In this document: positions 30,466 to 38,631 of the stretch, piece after piece
How positions within the stretch are numbered: the first letter of the stretch is position 1
Layout of the letters: each line of letters starts with the position of its first letter
Notes under the pieces: generated by a model
Databases searched by the model: none
What the model saw: only the letters and a program-made list of their open reading frames with translations
Told to the model about the DNA's origin: nothing
Position numbers and translations under genes: made by a program
DNA from: Deltaproteobacteria bacterium GWA2_38_16
Lineage (GTDB): Bacteria > Bdellovibrionota > JACOXK01 > 2-02-FULL-40-11
Direction of reading: 5' to 3'
Length of the DNA: 64,000 nt
NCBI GenBank assembly: GCA_001797335.1
Contig: MGPE01000011.1
Span: 12,079-76,078 of the forward strand

Positions 30466-30990
30466 TTATTTTTTATTATTAAAGATAGGCGGAATGGATT
30501 TAGATCTCACAATTTCTAATGTCCGAAAAGAATTCATCCACTCATGATTGGGATAAGACGTATTGGTATAACCGTAACTTTCTTTCGTCACCCAGTAAAA
30601 ATTTCCCTCTGACCAGTGAGTGGTTTTTTGTGCCGAAGAATGATCGCTCACTCCCACCCCTACTTGATAAAGCCCTGTATTTAAAACAAAGGGAGCTAAA
30701 TACACCGCATAAATATCATTATTCCCGTGATCCCCCACATACGTCATAGGAAAATATACGCCATGAGGTACATCTACATAAAAACGAGCAAAAATCCCCT
30801 CTCCTTGCCCCTCAACTTCTGTCACTCCTGTTTTATAAACTTCCAGGGATACAGTAAAACCACCGTCTTGAGGTAAAGCAAATGGTTCTAAAGAAGGGGA
30901 AAAATTTCCAGCCCAATCAATATTGGCGAAGGCTGAACCGGAGACAAGAAAGATAAAAATACTTAAAAAAGAAAAAAAATGCTTAAACAT
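30466..30990 (-). CDS. Exported hypothetical protein
   Basis: ATG 30990 gives MFKHFFSFLSIFIFLVSGSAFA|N, a signal peptide. No family recognised. The longer ORF starts with GTG at 31005. Confidence 0.5.
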   Translation of the reverse strand: MFKHFFSFLSIFIFLVSGSAFANIDWAGNFSPSLEPFALPQDGGFTVSLEVYKTGVTEVEGQGEGIFARFYVDVPHGVYFPMTYVGDHGNNDIYAVYLAPFVLNTGLYQVGVGVSDHSSAQKTTHWSEGNFYWVTKESYGYTNTSYPNHEWMNSFRTLEIVRSKSIPPIFNNKK

Positions 30991-31035
30991 GCGTAAAAAA
31001 TACACTAAAATTTTACAAAGTCAAGAAATCACTTC

Positions 31036-31064
31036 TTGACAGTTTCACTTCTCCAAAGCATGAT
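31036..31064 (+). promoter_or_regulatory. Candidate sigma70-type promoter for the 31090 gene
   Basis: TTGACA (31036-31041), a 17-nt spacer, then CATGAT (31059-31064). Pattern match only. Confidence 0.3.
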
Positions 31065-31089
31065 ATTTTCTTAAAAAAGGGAGGTATTT

Positions 31090-31788
31090 ATGAATACTAA
31101 AAATCTCTATAAAGCTGGCCGAATGATGGCCATCTTAAGCTTAATTATCGTATTTGGAGGAGCCTGGAAATGTAACTGGCTTAATCCAAAAATTAAATTA
31201 CCCAATGTGAAAGTAACGTTTGGCGATCCTGTCACATTATCTTTACCCCTGTCAGGGCAAGAAATTACAGTCGGTGCTAAATTGGATGTTCCAGATTTAG
31301 AAGGTGCTTTTGTGGAACTGATTCCTCAAATTGGAAATGTTCCCGCCACTGTATTTTTGTCTGTCCCTGCAAAAGTATTTGATAATCCCGCTTTTAGATT
31401 AAGAGATCCTGGTACACTTCCGGGTGGACGTCCTCTGCCTAAAGTAGCCGAAGGAAAACTCCCAGCCGTAGCCCTTGAAGTTCCACAATGGAATAACATT
31501 GTTTTTTATCTGGGCTTAGAAGTAGCAGGCCTATTTGCTCCGACTACAGGAAAAGAACCCGATGTACAATTGACTCTGCCTATTTCGGATAACAGTGGAA
31601 GAAATATTGGTTTTATTACCCGTATTCCGCAAGAAAACGGAGCCAATGGAGGATATTTTGTCTCCTTTAACTGGAACTTGGCTACGACAAATCCTGGAGA
31701 AGCGATTATTCATCGCTCAGATTTAGCGAATGCTTCTATTGAAGGAATTCCGTACGACTTAAGCGAAGTGTTTGAAACTTCCGAATAA
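31090..31788 (+). CDS. Exported or membrane-anchored hypothetical protein (232 aa)
   Basis: RBS GGGAGG. Hydrophobic N-terminal segment MMAILSLIIVFGGAW. No family recognised. Confidence 0.55.
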   Translation: MNTKNLYKAGRMMAILSLIIVFGGAWKCNWLNPKIKLPNVKVTFGDPVTLSLPLSGQEITVGAKLDVPDLEGAFVELIPQIGNVPATVFLSVPAKVFDNPAFRLRDPGTLPGGRPLPKVAEGKLPAVALEVPQWNNIVFYLGLEVAGLFAPTTGKEPDVQLTLPISDNSGRNIGFITRIPQENGANGGYFVSFNWNLATTNPGEAIIHRSDLANASIEGIPYDLSEVFETSE

Positions 31789-31796
31789 GTTTATTT

Positions 31797-31850
31797 GTCA
31801 TCCTGAGCGAAGCGAAGGATCTAGATTCTTCAGCTTCGCTTCAGAATGAC
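31797..31850. repeat. Full-length nested-palindromic REP-like element (two inverted GTCATYC-hairpin-GRATC halves), copy E1
   Basis: GTCATCCTGAGCGAAGCGAAGGATC-TAG-ATTCTTCAGCTTCGCTTCAGAATGAC. Intergenic, between the 31090 gene and rpsT. Confidence 0.7.
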
Positions 31851-31896
31851 TTGAAAACTTGACTTAAAAATATAGAGGTGTTAAAAGTTTCTCCCT

Positions 31897-32160
31897 ATGG
31901 CAAATTTAAAATCCGCAATTAAACGCATCCGTCAAAATCGACGTAGAAACGAACGCAATAAATCCGCCAGGTCCACAGTATCTACAGCAATTAAAGCTGT
32001 TCGTTTAGCTATTTCCAAGAAAGATAAAAATGCCGCTCAACTGGCGCTTAAAAAAGCCATCCCCCTTATTGATAAAGCTGCACAAACAAAACTCATTCAT
32101 CCCAATAACGCGAGCCGTAAAATCTCTCGTCTCACTCAACAATTCAACACACTTTCTTAA
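31897..32160 (+). CDS. rpsT: 30S ribosomal protein S20
   Basis: MANLKSAIKRIRQNRRRNERNKS... is the canonical S20 N-terminus. 87 aa. Confidence 0.95.
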   Translation: MANLKSAIKRIRQNRRRNERNKSARSTVSTAIKAVRLAISKKDKNAAQLALKKAIPLIDKAAQTKLIHPNNASRKISRLTQQFNTLS

Positions 32161-32175
32161 ATAAAACCTAAAAAA

Positions 32176-32236
32176 GTCATCCTGAGAACCAAAGGTTCGA
32201 AGGATCTCAGGGATTCTTCACTACGTTCAGAATGAC
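32176..32236. repeat. Full-length REP-like element, copy E2
   Basis: GTCATCCTGAGAACCAAAGGTTCGAAGGATC-TCAGG-GATTCTTCACTACGTTCAGAATGAC. It lies between the convergent rpsT and holA genes. Confidence 0.7.
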
Positions 32237-32240
32237 GTAA

Positions 32241-33230
32241 TCAAAGAGTATTGACAAAATTGATCAATATATCTTTCTTATTAATATTAACACTTTTGAG
32301 CAGATGATCTGTTTCCAGTGCTTTTTCCCAATAACGTTCAAAAGGCAGCTTTAATGCTTGATCCCGTTGTTTTCGAAATTCATTCCAAAAAAAGGGATGA
32401 ATTCCCAACAATTTTTGTACCTCTACATCCGATTTTTGCGATTTCCATTCCACAGCCTTCCAAAGATTTCTTAAATATCTTAAGACCATGGTAAAAATAA
32501 AAATTTCAGACTCTCCCTCTTCCAACATTTTATATAAAACAATGAGAGTCTTATCTTTTTTTCGATTTCCCAAATAATCTAACAGTTCAAAAATAGAATG
32601 TGTTCGCGTTTCATACAAAAGATCCTTCACATCCTCTTCCGTAATATTCTTTTGATCTCCAACGTATATAGATAATTTTTCAATTTCAGATTCTAACACC
32701 AAAAGATCCCCCCCTGCTTTTTCTTGTAATAAGACACTCGCCACTGGAGAAATCGTTTTTTGATAATACTTTCCAATCCACTCAATCCAATGCCCAACTT
32801 GAGATTCATACGGTTTTTTAAACTCAAATAAGCATTCTTCTTTTTCACAAAAACGAGAAAGAGCATGAGAAGATTTTTTGGAAGCCACAAACACAAAACA
32901 ATATTCTTTAATTTCCTTTTTAAAGAGCTCAGAAAACCAAAGAGCTGTATTTTTTAACATGCGATCAGCATCGGTAAAAATGAAAAGTTTTTGGGGAGTA
33001 AAAAGAGAAATAGCATTAATCTCTTCTTCTAAGGTTTCCAAAGAAATCGTTTCGCTGGAAAAAGTGCGACAATTTTCAGAAGTAACTTTTTTTAAAAATT
33101 TTTTCTTTACCTCTAAAATTAAATGTTTTGAAAAAAACTGAGTCTCATCAATCAAGAAATAAACGGGGCCTATTTTTTTTTGGATTCGATCTCGTAAAGA
33201 CTCAAAAGAAGGTGACGCCATGTTTTTCAA
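32241..33230 (-). CDS. holA: DNA polymerase III delta subunit
   Basis: 329 aa with a delta-like N-terminal pattern (VYFLIDETQF..., SLFTPQKLFIFTDADRM). It sits immediately downstream of lptE with a 4-nt overlap, matching the conserved lptE-holA synteny. Confidence 0.78.
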   Translation of the reverse strand: MKNMASPSFESLRDRIQKKIGPVYFLIDETQFFSKHLILEVKKKFLKKVTSENCRTFSSETISLETLEEEINAISLFTPQKLFIFTDADRMLKNTALWFSELFKKEIKEYCFVFVASKKSSHALSRFCEKEECLFEFKKPYESQVGHWIEWIGKYYQKTISPVASVLLQEKAGGDLLVLESEIEKLSIYVGDQKNITEEDVKDLLYETRTHSIFELLDYLGNRKKDKTLIVLYKMLEEGESEIFIFTMVLRYLRNLWKAVEWKSQKSDVEVQKLLGIHPFFWNEFRKQRDQALKLPFERYWEKALETDHLLKSVNINKKDILINFVNTL

Positions 33231-33757
33231 AAATTTTCAAACATCATGTCATGTGCTTGTTCCATGACATAGACAGCGATTTTTTCAAATGCTTCCCGTT
33301 GTTTAGTCTCATTTTGCAATAAATTCTCACCCGCAGAGTATCGTCTATAATCACTCACCGTTCTCGCCCACAACACTTTTTGATCTTGTCTTCGGATAAG
33401 TGAAACATCCACACTCACATTTACATTATATTCCAACGCTAAAATTTTGGTTCCTCGAGAAGAAATTTGTTTCTCAGACTGAGCCGTAGGATCAATGGAA
33501 ATCTGTTTTACTCGGCCAATAATTTCTGCCTCTGCTTTTTGAGAATCTACAATTTTTATAACTTTACTTTTAAAAAATTCATTTCTTAAAGCTGAGGTAA
33601 ACGTATTCTCGATCCCTGCTTCATTCGTATCATTTTTAAAGGTCGCTATTGAAACGCGTTTAACCCCTCCGGGCAAAGACTCTTTGACACTATAAAAGTG
33701 ATATCCACAAGCCACATGCCCTAAACAAATCATCATCACCAAAAGATAACGAACCAT
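33227..33757 (-). CDS. lptE: LPS-assembly lipoprotein LptE
   Basis: MVRYLLVMMICLGHVAC|GYHF lipoprotein signal. Size and position upstream of holA fit LptE. The longer ORF begins with TTG at 33793. Confidence 0.7.
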   Translation of the reverse strand: MVRYLLVMMICLGHVACGYHFYSVKESLPGGVKRVSIATFKNDTNEAGIENTFTSALRNEFFKSKVIKIVDSQKAEAEIIGRVKQISIDPTAQSEKQISSRGTKILALEYNVNVSVDVSLIRRQDQKVLWARTVSDYRRYSAGENLLQNETKQREAFEKIAVYVMEQAHDMMFENF

Positions 33758-33825
33758 GGGAAGGACGCTAACATAGGGTTGCTTTTCGTTCAATCATTTG
33801 TTAGAGATATGGGAAAGGAGATTTT

Positions 33826-34029
33826 ATGGCACGCGTTACCGTTGAAGATTGTTTAGAAAAAGTAAATAACCGATTTGAGCTGGTTATTCTTGCAACTGAA
33901 AGAACAAAGCAACTCTTAAAAGGTTCTGAACCTTTAATTTCGATGACCGGTAATAAACCGGCCGTCATGTCCCTTCGAGAAATCGCCGCTGGGAAAATTT
34001 ATTTTCTTGAGGATGATAAAGCAGCCTAG
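33826..34029 (+). CDS. rpoZ: DNA-directed RNA polymerase omega subunit
   Basis: [30 protein letters not shown] is the canonical omega N-terminus. RBS AAGGAG. Confidence 0.93.
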   Translation: MARVTVEDCLEKVNNRFELVILATERTKQLLKGSEPLISMTGNKPAVMSLREIAAGKIYFLEDDKAA

Positions 34030-34031
34030 GA

Positions 34032-34502
34032 ATGTCTAAAAGCCCTCCTCTCGCGTTGGTTGGAACTTTTCTTCAAGATTTTTTTTTCAAAAAACACTGG
34101 TCTTCTAAACTTCATGAATATCGAATTTGGACCCATTGGGAAACATTAGTAGGCCCTCAGATTTCAAAACGCTGCCAACCTTTAAAATTATCGAACCATC
34201 ATCTTACGGTTACCGTTGCAAATTCAACGTGGCTCACTCAAATTCAGCTCATGAAATCTGAACTCATGCATAAAATTTCTAAAGAGTTACGAATTCAATT
34301 AAATGATATTTATTTTAAAGTAGGAGAAATATCACAAGAATTAAAATCTTCGCTTCCGGCCAAAGCTCAAGAAAAAACGCCTCTTTCCGATAAAGAAGTG
34401 ATGAGTTTAAATGTGTGGAAAAATTCAGAATCACACTTAAAAGATTCTGAGTTAAAAAAAATCATCCTAAATATATTAAAACACTACACACCAAACTCTT
34501 GA
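34032..34502 (+). CDS. DUF721 (DciA-like) domain protein
   Basis: W..LVGPQISKRCQPLKLSNHHLTVTVANSTWLTQIQLMKSEL matches the DUF721 pattern. It starts 2 nt after rpoZ. Confidence 0.72.
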   Translation: MSKSPPLALVGTFLQDFFFKKHWSSKLHEYRIWTHWETLVGPQISKRCQPLKLSNHHLTVTVANSTWLTQIQLMKSELMHKISKELRIQLNDIYFKVGEISQELKSSLPAKAQEKTPLSDKEVMSLNVWKNSESHLKDSELKKIILNILKHYTPNS

Positions 34503-34659
34503 AATAATTGACAAAAACTGTCATCCTGTTAAAAATATAGCAGGTTAAAGGTTAAAAATGAAAATAAGGCATCAAAAAAAACACTGTAATTTTAAGCACT
34601 TAAGCAAAGAAATTCTATTAAAAACATGGCATTGTAATTGCATCCATAGGATAGTCGCT

Positions 34660-35322
34660 ATGAAGAACGTTCTTTTGATATGGGCCTTTTTGATGCCGAT
34701 TGTATCTCCCTCTGCCTTCGGTCTATCGTCTGATATCGATTTTTCCTATACAAAACTTGATGAAAAAAATATAGATTTTTCCGAAACCACTCTCCTTTAC
34801 AAAAACATCTTAGGCTATTCTCAAAAAACCATTGCCCCTACCTTTAAGAATCTTTATGGATTTACCACAGACCAAGTTAGTACTTCTCTCACCAACCAGT
34901 CCAGAGCTCAAGAATTGATGAACCAGTCAACCCAAGCCAGTCTCTCTCAAGCCCTATCTCAAATAAAAAGATATTTTAAAAAGAATATTCGAAACTCTTT
35001 TCTCCCTGATCTTGAAGCTGCTCCTTCTACGCCGGTACAAGCCATACCCGTAATAACTTCTTCAGACATTCTTCTCGAAAAAAATAAATTCACCCCTAAG
35101 ATTAATGTAGGAACGGATTATGTTAAACCGGTGCTCTCTATGGGAAACTCATTAAATTCGGGAGTTGACACGAATGTTTCCTATCACAGCAAAGATAAAA
35201 CTTTAGAAGCCATTGTTTCCAAAAAACTCTCTGAAAATACAAAAATCCTGATCGAGAATATGAATCTCTTTTCGGCCAATAATGAAAAGAGAGTTATCTT
35301 CGGAATTCAGTATCGCTTTTAA
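34660..35322 (+). CDS. Exported hypothetical protein; C-terminus ends in ...IFGIQYRF (OMP-like terminal Phe)
   Basis: Internal ATG 34660 gives the signal peptide MKNVLLIWAFLMPIVSPSAFG. The listed ORF starts at 34558. It shares a C-terminal motif with the next gene. Confidence 0.5.
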   Translation: MKNVLLIWAFLMPIVSPSAFGLSSDIDFSYTKLDEKNIDFSETTLLYKNILGYSQKTIAPTFKNLYGFTTDQVSTSLTNQSRAQELMNQSTQASLSQALSQIKRYFKKNIRNSFLPDLEAAPSTPVQAIPVITSSDILLEKNKFTPKINVGTDYVKPVLSMGNSLNSGVDTNVSYHSKDKTLEAIVSKKLSENTKILIENMNLFSANNEKRVIFGIQYRF

Positions 35323-35537
35323 ACATCCCTTATAACCTCATAAAACTACTGTATTTTTATGAATCCTTTGTTTAGTGGCCATCATCGACGCTTAAAATAT
35401 AAGCAACTATGATGATTTAATGATATTCTCATCTAAAATTAATCAAAAAAGCATAATAATTACATATACTTATTAATAAAATAGATTTATGAAATGGCCC
35501 CTTCTTTGCACTATTTAAAGGTAGGAAGAGAAGGCCT

Positions 35538-36260
35538 ATGAAGACTATTTTTACCTTGTTACTCTGTATTCCCTTTTTGGGCATTGCCTATGGGCAAGAT
35601 CTCAGCAACCAAAACATATCCCCATCTCCTTCTCAACCCAAAACGCCTTTGAGCTTTCTTATGTCTACGTTTAATACTCCTTCTTTTCGAGAAACATTGT
35701 TTCAAGAGCAAAACCGTTTTAAACTTTTAAATTTGAGCATTCCTCCCCTTCTGGGAGGAGCAGCAGAGAAAATCTATGAAACAAAACTTCTTCAAGAATA
35801 TACGTCTCACATGACACATCTTGTTTTTGATAATTTAAAAGATACGATGCAAGATAATGTAGCAGAAGCTCTCAAAGATTCTCCCTTTTCTAAGATTATG
35901 GAATTGGCTCATTACTCAAAAAAAATCACGAACACCCTCAAAAAAGAATCCAGTCGAAATATCGCAATGAGCTTTAGCCCTAATTTTCAAGAACCTTCCC
36001 TAGGGGTATCCAATCTGGTATTTGATAAAATGAAGGTCGGCTACAATATCGTATCCGAAAGACCTACTTTTTTTATGGAACAAAAAATTGTCCAAGAACT
36101 CCGAAGCCAATTTTATTACAACATGTTTTTAAAAACCCTAGATACCGCTTTAAAACACCAACTTACTGAGAAAGTAAATCTTCACCTCATCAATCGAAAC
36201 CAATTCACCCGCACACGAGACAAATCGGTTATTTTAGGTATTTCGGTAAATTTAAATTAA
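35538..36260 (+). CDS. Exported hypothetical protein, distant paralog of the preceding gene
   Basis: Signal peptide MKTIFTLLLCIPFLGIAYG|Q. C-terminal TLDTALKHQLTEKVNLHLINRNQFTRTRDKSVILGISVNLN aligns with TLEAIVSKKLSENTKILIENMNLFSANNEKRVIFGIQYRF. Confidence 0.55.
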   Translation: MKTIFTLLLCIPFLGIAYGQDLSNQNISPSPSQPKTPLSFLMSTFNTPSFRETLFQEQNRFKLLNLSIPPLLGGAAEKIYETKLLQEYTSHMTHLVFDNLKDTMQDNVAEALKDSPFSKIMELAHYSKKITNTLKKESSRNIAMSFSPNFQEPSLGVSNLVFDKMKVGYNIVSERPTFFMEQKIVQELRSQFYYNMFLKTLDTALKHQLTEKVNLHLINRNQFTRTRDKSVILGISVNLN

Positions 36261-36277
36261 GAGACGAATCCAATTTT

Positions 36278-36341
36278 GTCATTCCCCGACTTGATCGGGG
36301 AATCTAGAAAAATGGATCCTCCGGTCAAGCCGGAGGATGAC
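36278..36341. repeat. Full-length REP-like element, copy E3 (different hairpin cores)
   Basis: GTCATTC-CCCGA-CTTGA-TCGGG-GAATC ... GGATC-CTCCGG-TCAAG-CCGGAG-GATGAC. It lies between convergent genes, 2 nt from the DUF1015 stop. Confidence 0.7.
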
Positions 36342-36343
36342 TA

Positions 36344-37558
36344 CTAGAGAATCCGGATCAGAGTACCTGAAAGAAGTTTGGGATAAAAATAGGTGCTTTT
36401 AGGGGGCATCACTTCTTGAACATCGGAAACTTTTTTAAGTTGTTGTACAGTCGGTTCCTTTACAAACCATAGAACTTCACTTTTCCCTGATCGAATCAAT
36501 TTTAATGCTTTTTGAAAAGGCTCTCCCACCCCTCTGATATATTCCAAAGATGATATATAGGGTCCAGGAATAATGACCTGCTGAAGAATAGCCACATCCA
36601 ATGCTTTGACTTCTTTAGAGCCCTTCATCTTTTCCAAAATTCTTTTTTTATCCTTTAATGAAAGCTCATAAAAATAAGGATCTTTTGAAAACAGAATTCC
36701 CCACTGATGAGGTTTTAAATTTGAAATCTTTTTCTTTTTTTGAATATAAAATAAAGACTCTAACGTTTTAAGATAGTTTCCCTTATCAAAATCAGAAGTT
36801 TTAGGTAACAAGCGATAAATAGGATTAATAACCAAAGCTGGATCGCTCATATTGGCAAGCATCGTCAACACAAAGTCATGAGTACCGGACATTCCTTGGA
36901 GCTCTCGATATCGAAGCGCTGTCGCAAATCGATGATGTCCATCGACAATATAAAATATTTTGTTGGATAATTTTTTTTGGATTTGAGCTATGAGCCGATC
37001 ATCCGCTATCTTCCAGACTTTATTCACCACTCCGTGGTGATCTCTGGCTTGAATCCATGGCCGATGGCAACCCTTTAAAATACTTTTTTCTAGAAATCGT
37101 GTCGAATCCTCGTACATCATAAAAACAGGGCTTAAATTTGCCTGACAGGCCTTAAGAATTTTTAGCCGATCTGATTTAGGAGCTTCTAAAGTATGCTCAT
37201 GAGGTCTAACATATCTCTTCTTAAAATCAGCCAGGCTCACCGTAAGCGCAATGCAATATCGATGAACCTTGTGCCCCTGATGAGGGAAACTTTGTTCCAC
37301 AAAATAAAAGCACTCTTTAAAATCTTGGACAAGAATATTTTTTTTCTGCCATTCCCTAAACCGCCTAGCGACGGTTTTATACCCATCTTTTTTTGTTTTT
37401 CCTAAAATAATCCGAGCAAAATTATAGGGACTTTTTTTAAAAAATCTTTTTTTCTCATCATTAGAAATGACATCATATGGGGGAACAAAAACATTTTCAT
37501 ATGTTTTTATTTTTTGAGGATTATAAAAGAAAGCTTTAAAGGGGCGAACCTTGGCCAT
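36344..37558 (-). CDS. DUF1015 family protein
   Basis: MAKVRPFKAFFYNPQKI...VPPYDVIS N-terminus and the DGHHR motif are typical of DUF1015 (COG4198). Confidence 0.78.
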   Translation of the reverse strand: MAKVRPFKAFFYNPQKIKTYENVFVPPYDVISNDEKKRFFKKSPYNFARIILGKTKKDGYKTVARRFREWQKKNILVQDFKECFYFVEQSFPHQGHKVHRYCIALTVSLADFKKRYVRPHEHTLEAPKSDRLKILKACQANLSPVFMMYEDSTRFLEKSILKGCHRPWIQARDHHGVVNKVWKIADDRLIAQIQKKLSNKIFYIVDGHHRFATALRYRELQGMSGTHDFVLTMLANMSDPALVINPIYRLLPKTSDFDKGNYLKTLESLFYIQKKKKISNLKPHQWGILFSKDPYFYELSLKDKKRILEKMKGSKEVKALDVAILQQVIIPGPYISSLEYIRGVGEPFQKALKLIRSGKSEVLWFVKEPTVQQLKKVSDVQEVMPPKSTYFYPKLLSGTLIRIL

Positions 37559-38159
37559 ATATTCTTTTAAGTTGCTCTAAAGTAACATCTCCCGAACGAA
37601 TGAGCTGAATGGTATTGTCTCTCACAGAGACAATCGTAGATCCTCTCGAAAAAGAAAGTTCTCCACCGTCCACCGTATAATCAATGCCTTGAGGAAAATA
37701 AGTTTTAACATCCTTTAAAGATTGACTGCTCACAGCACCTCTTTTATTAGCACTGGTAGAAACAATCGGGAATCCATAATAATTTAAAAAAGCACTCACC
37801 CATGGATGAGAAGAAATCCTAAGGGCAATGCTTTCATCATCTCGAATAAGCCAAGAAGGAATTTGAGAAGAAGCATTTAAAACAAGAGTCAGGGGCCCCG
37901 GCCAAAATTGTTCAATAACCTGAAGGGCTGTCTTAGAAATATCTTTAGCCAGCCTTAACACCCATTCTTTATTGGGAATCAACAGAAGTGGAGATTGTTC
38001 CAACTTCCTCTCTTTAAGTTTAAATACTTTTTCAACGGCCGCCCGATTAAAAGGATCACATCCTAATCCATAAACGGTTTCTGTGGGGTAACAGATAACT
38101 CCCCCTTTTTGCAAAACTTCTTTAATAGTTAGAAAATCACTTGGAATGGAGTTTTTCAT
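37536..38159 (-). CDS. tsaC: L-threonylcarbamoyladenylate synthase (TsaC/YrdC/Sua5 family)
   Basis: GGVICYPTETVYGLGCDP, the SANKRG-like motif (STSANKRGAVS), and a 207-aa YrdC-domain size. Confidence 0.87.
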   Translation of the reverse strand: MKNSIPSDFLTIKEVLQKGGVICYPTETVYGLGCDPFNRAAVEKVFKLKERKLEQSPLLLIPNKEWVLRLAKDISKTALQVIEQFWPGPLTLVLNASSQIPSWLIRDDESIALRISSHPWVSAFLNYYGFPIVSTSANKRGAVSSQSLKDVKTYFPQGIDYTVDGGELSFSRGSTIVSVRDNTIQLIRSGDVTLEQLKRIYGQGSPL

Positions 38160-38631
38160 TTTTTCTTAATACCTCTTGAGTCATTTTCTGACGATAATTT
38201 TGGAGACGATGCAATAAGGCACGATCTTGTAATGCTAAAATTTGTGCTGCAAATAAACAACCGTTAGCCGCACCTGTTTTTCCAATGGCCATGGTTCCCA
38301 CAGGAATCCCTTTAGGCATTTGAACCGTCGATAACAATGCATCCAACCCTTGAAGCTTTCCTTCCATGGGAACTCCAATCACCGGAAGAAGCGTATGAGA
38401 AGCAATGACGCCCGCTAAATGCGCGGCCATCCCTGCTCCGGCAATAATCACTGAAATTCCCCTTTTTTGAGCCGATTGAGAAAATTGGAGCGTTTCTTTG
38501 GGTGTACGATGGGCAGAGTAAATATGAAATTCATAGGGAATTTTTAATTCTTTTAGAATCTTTGTCCCTACCTGCATGGTTACGACGTCTGAATCGCTCC
38601 CCACTAAAATGGCAATTTTTGCTTTTGACAT
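38137..38631 (-). CDS. purE: 5-(carboxyamino)imidazole ribonucleotide mutase
   Basis: MSKAKIAILVGSDSDVVTM..., AHRTP and IIAGAGMAAHLAGV motifs. ATG 38631 is preferred over the longer 38673 start. Confidence 0.92.
   Translation of the reverse strand: MSKAKIAILVGSDSDVVTMQVGTKILKELKIPYEFHIYSAHRTPKETLQFSQSAQKRGISVIIAGAGMAAHLAGVIASHTLLPVIGVPMEGKLQGLDALLSTVQMPKGIPVGTMAIGKTGAANGCLFAAQILALQDRALLHRLQNYRQKMTQEVLRKNEKLHSK

Noticed and set aside
31851-31887. Possible rpsT promoter (TTGACT 31859-31864, 17 nt, TAAAAG 31882-31887).
   Set aside because: The -10 candidate ends only 9 nt before the ATG, leaving no room for a leader or RBS, and its last base is non-consensus. It is not reportable as a feature.
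34516-34556. GTCATCCTG at about 34520 as another copy of the REP-like element.
   Set aside because: Only the first 9 nt match. There is no GRATC or GRATGAC partner and only a weak 4-bp CCTG/CAGG stem. It is probably chance or a highly decayed copy.
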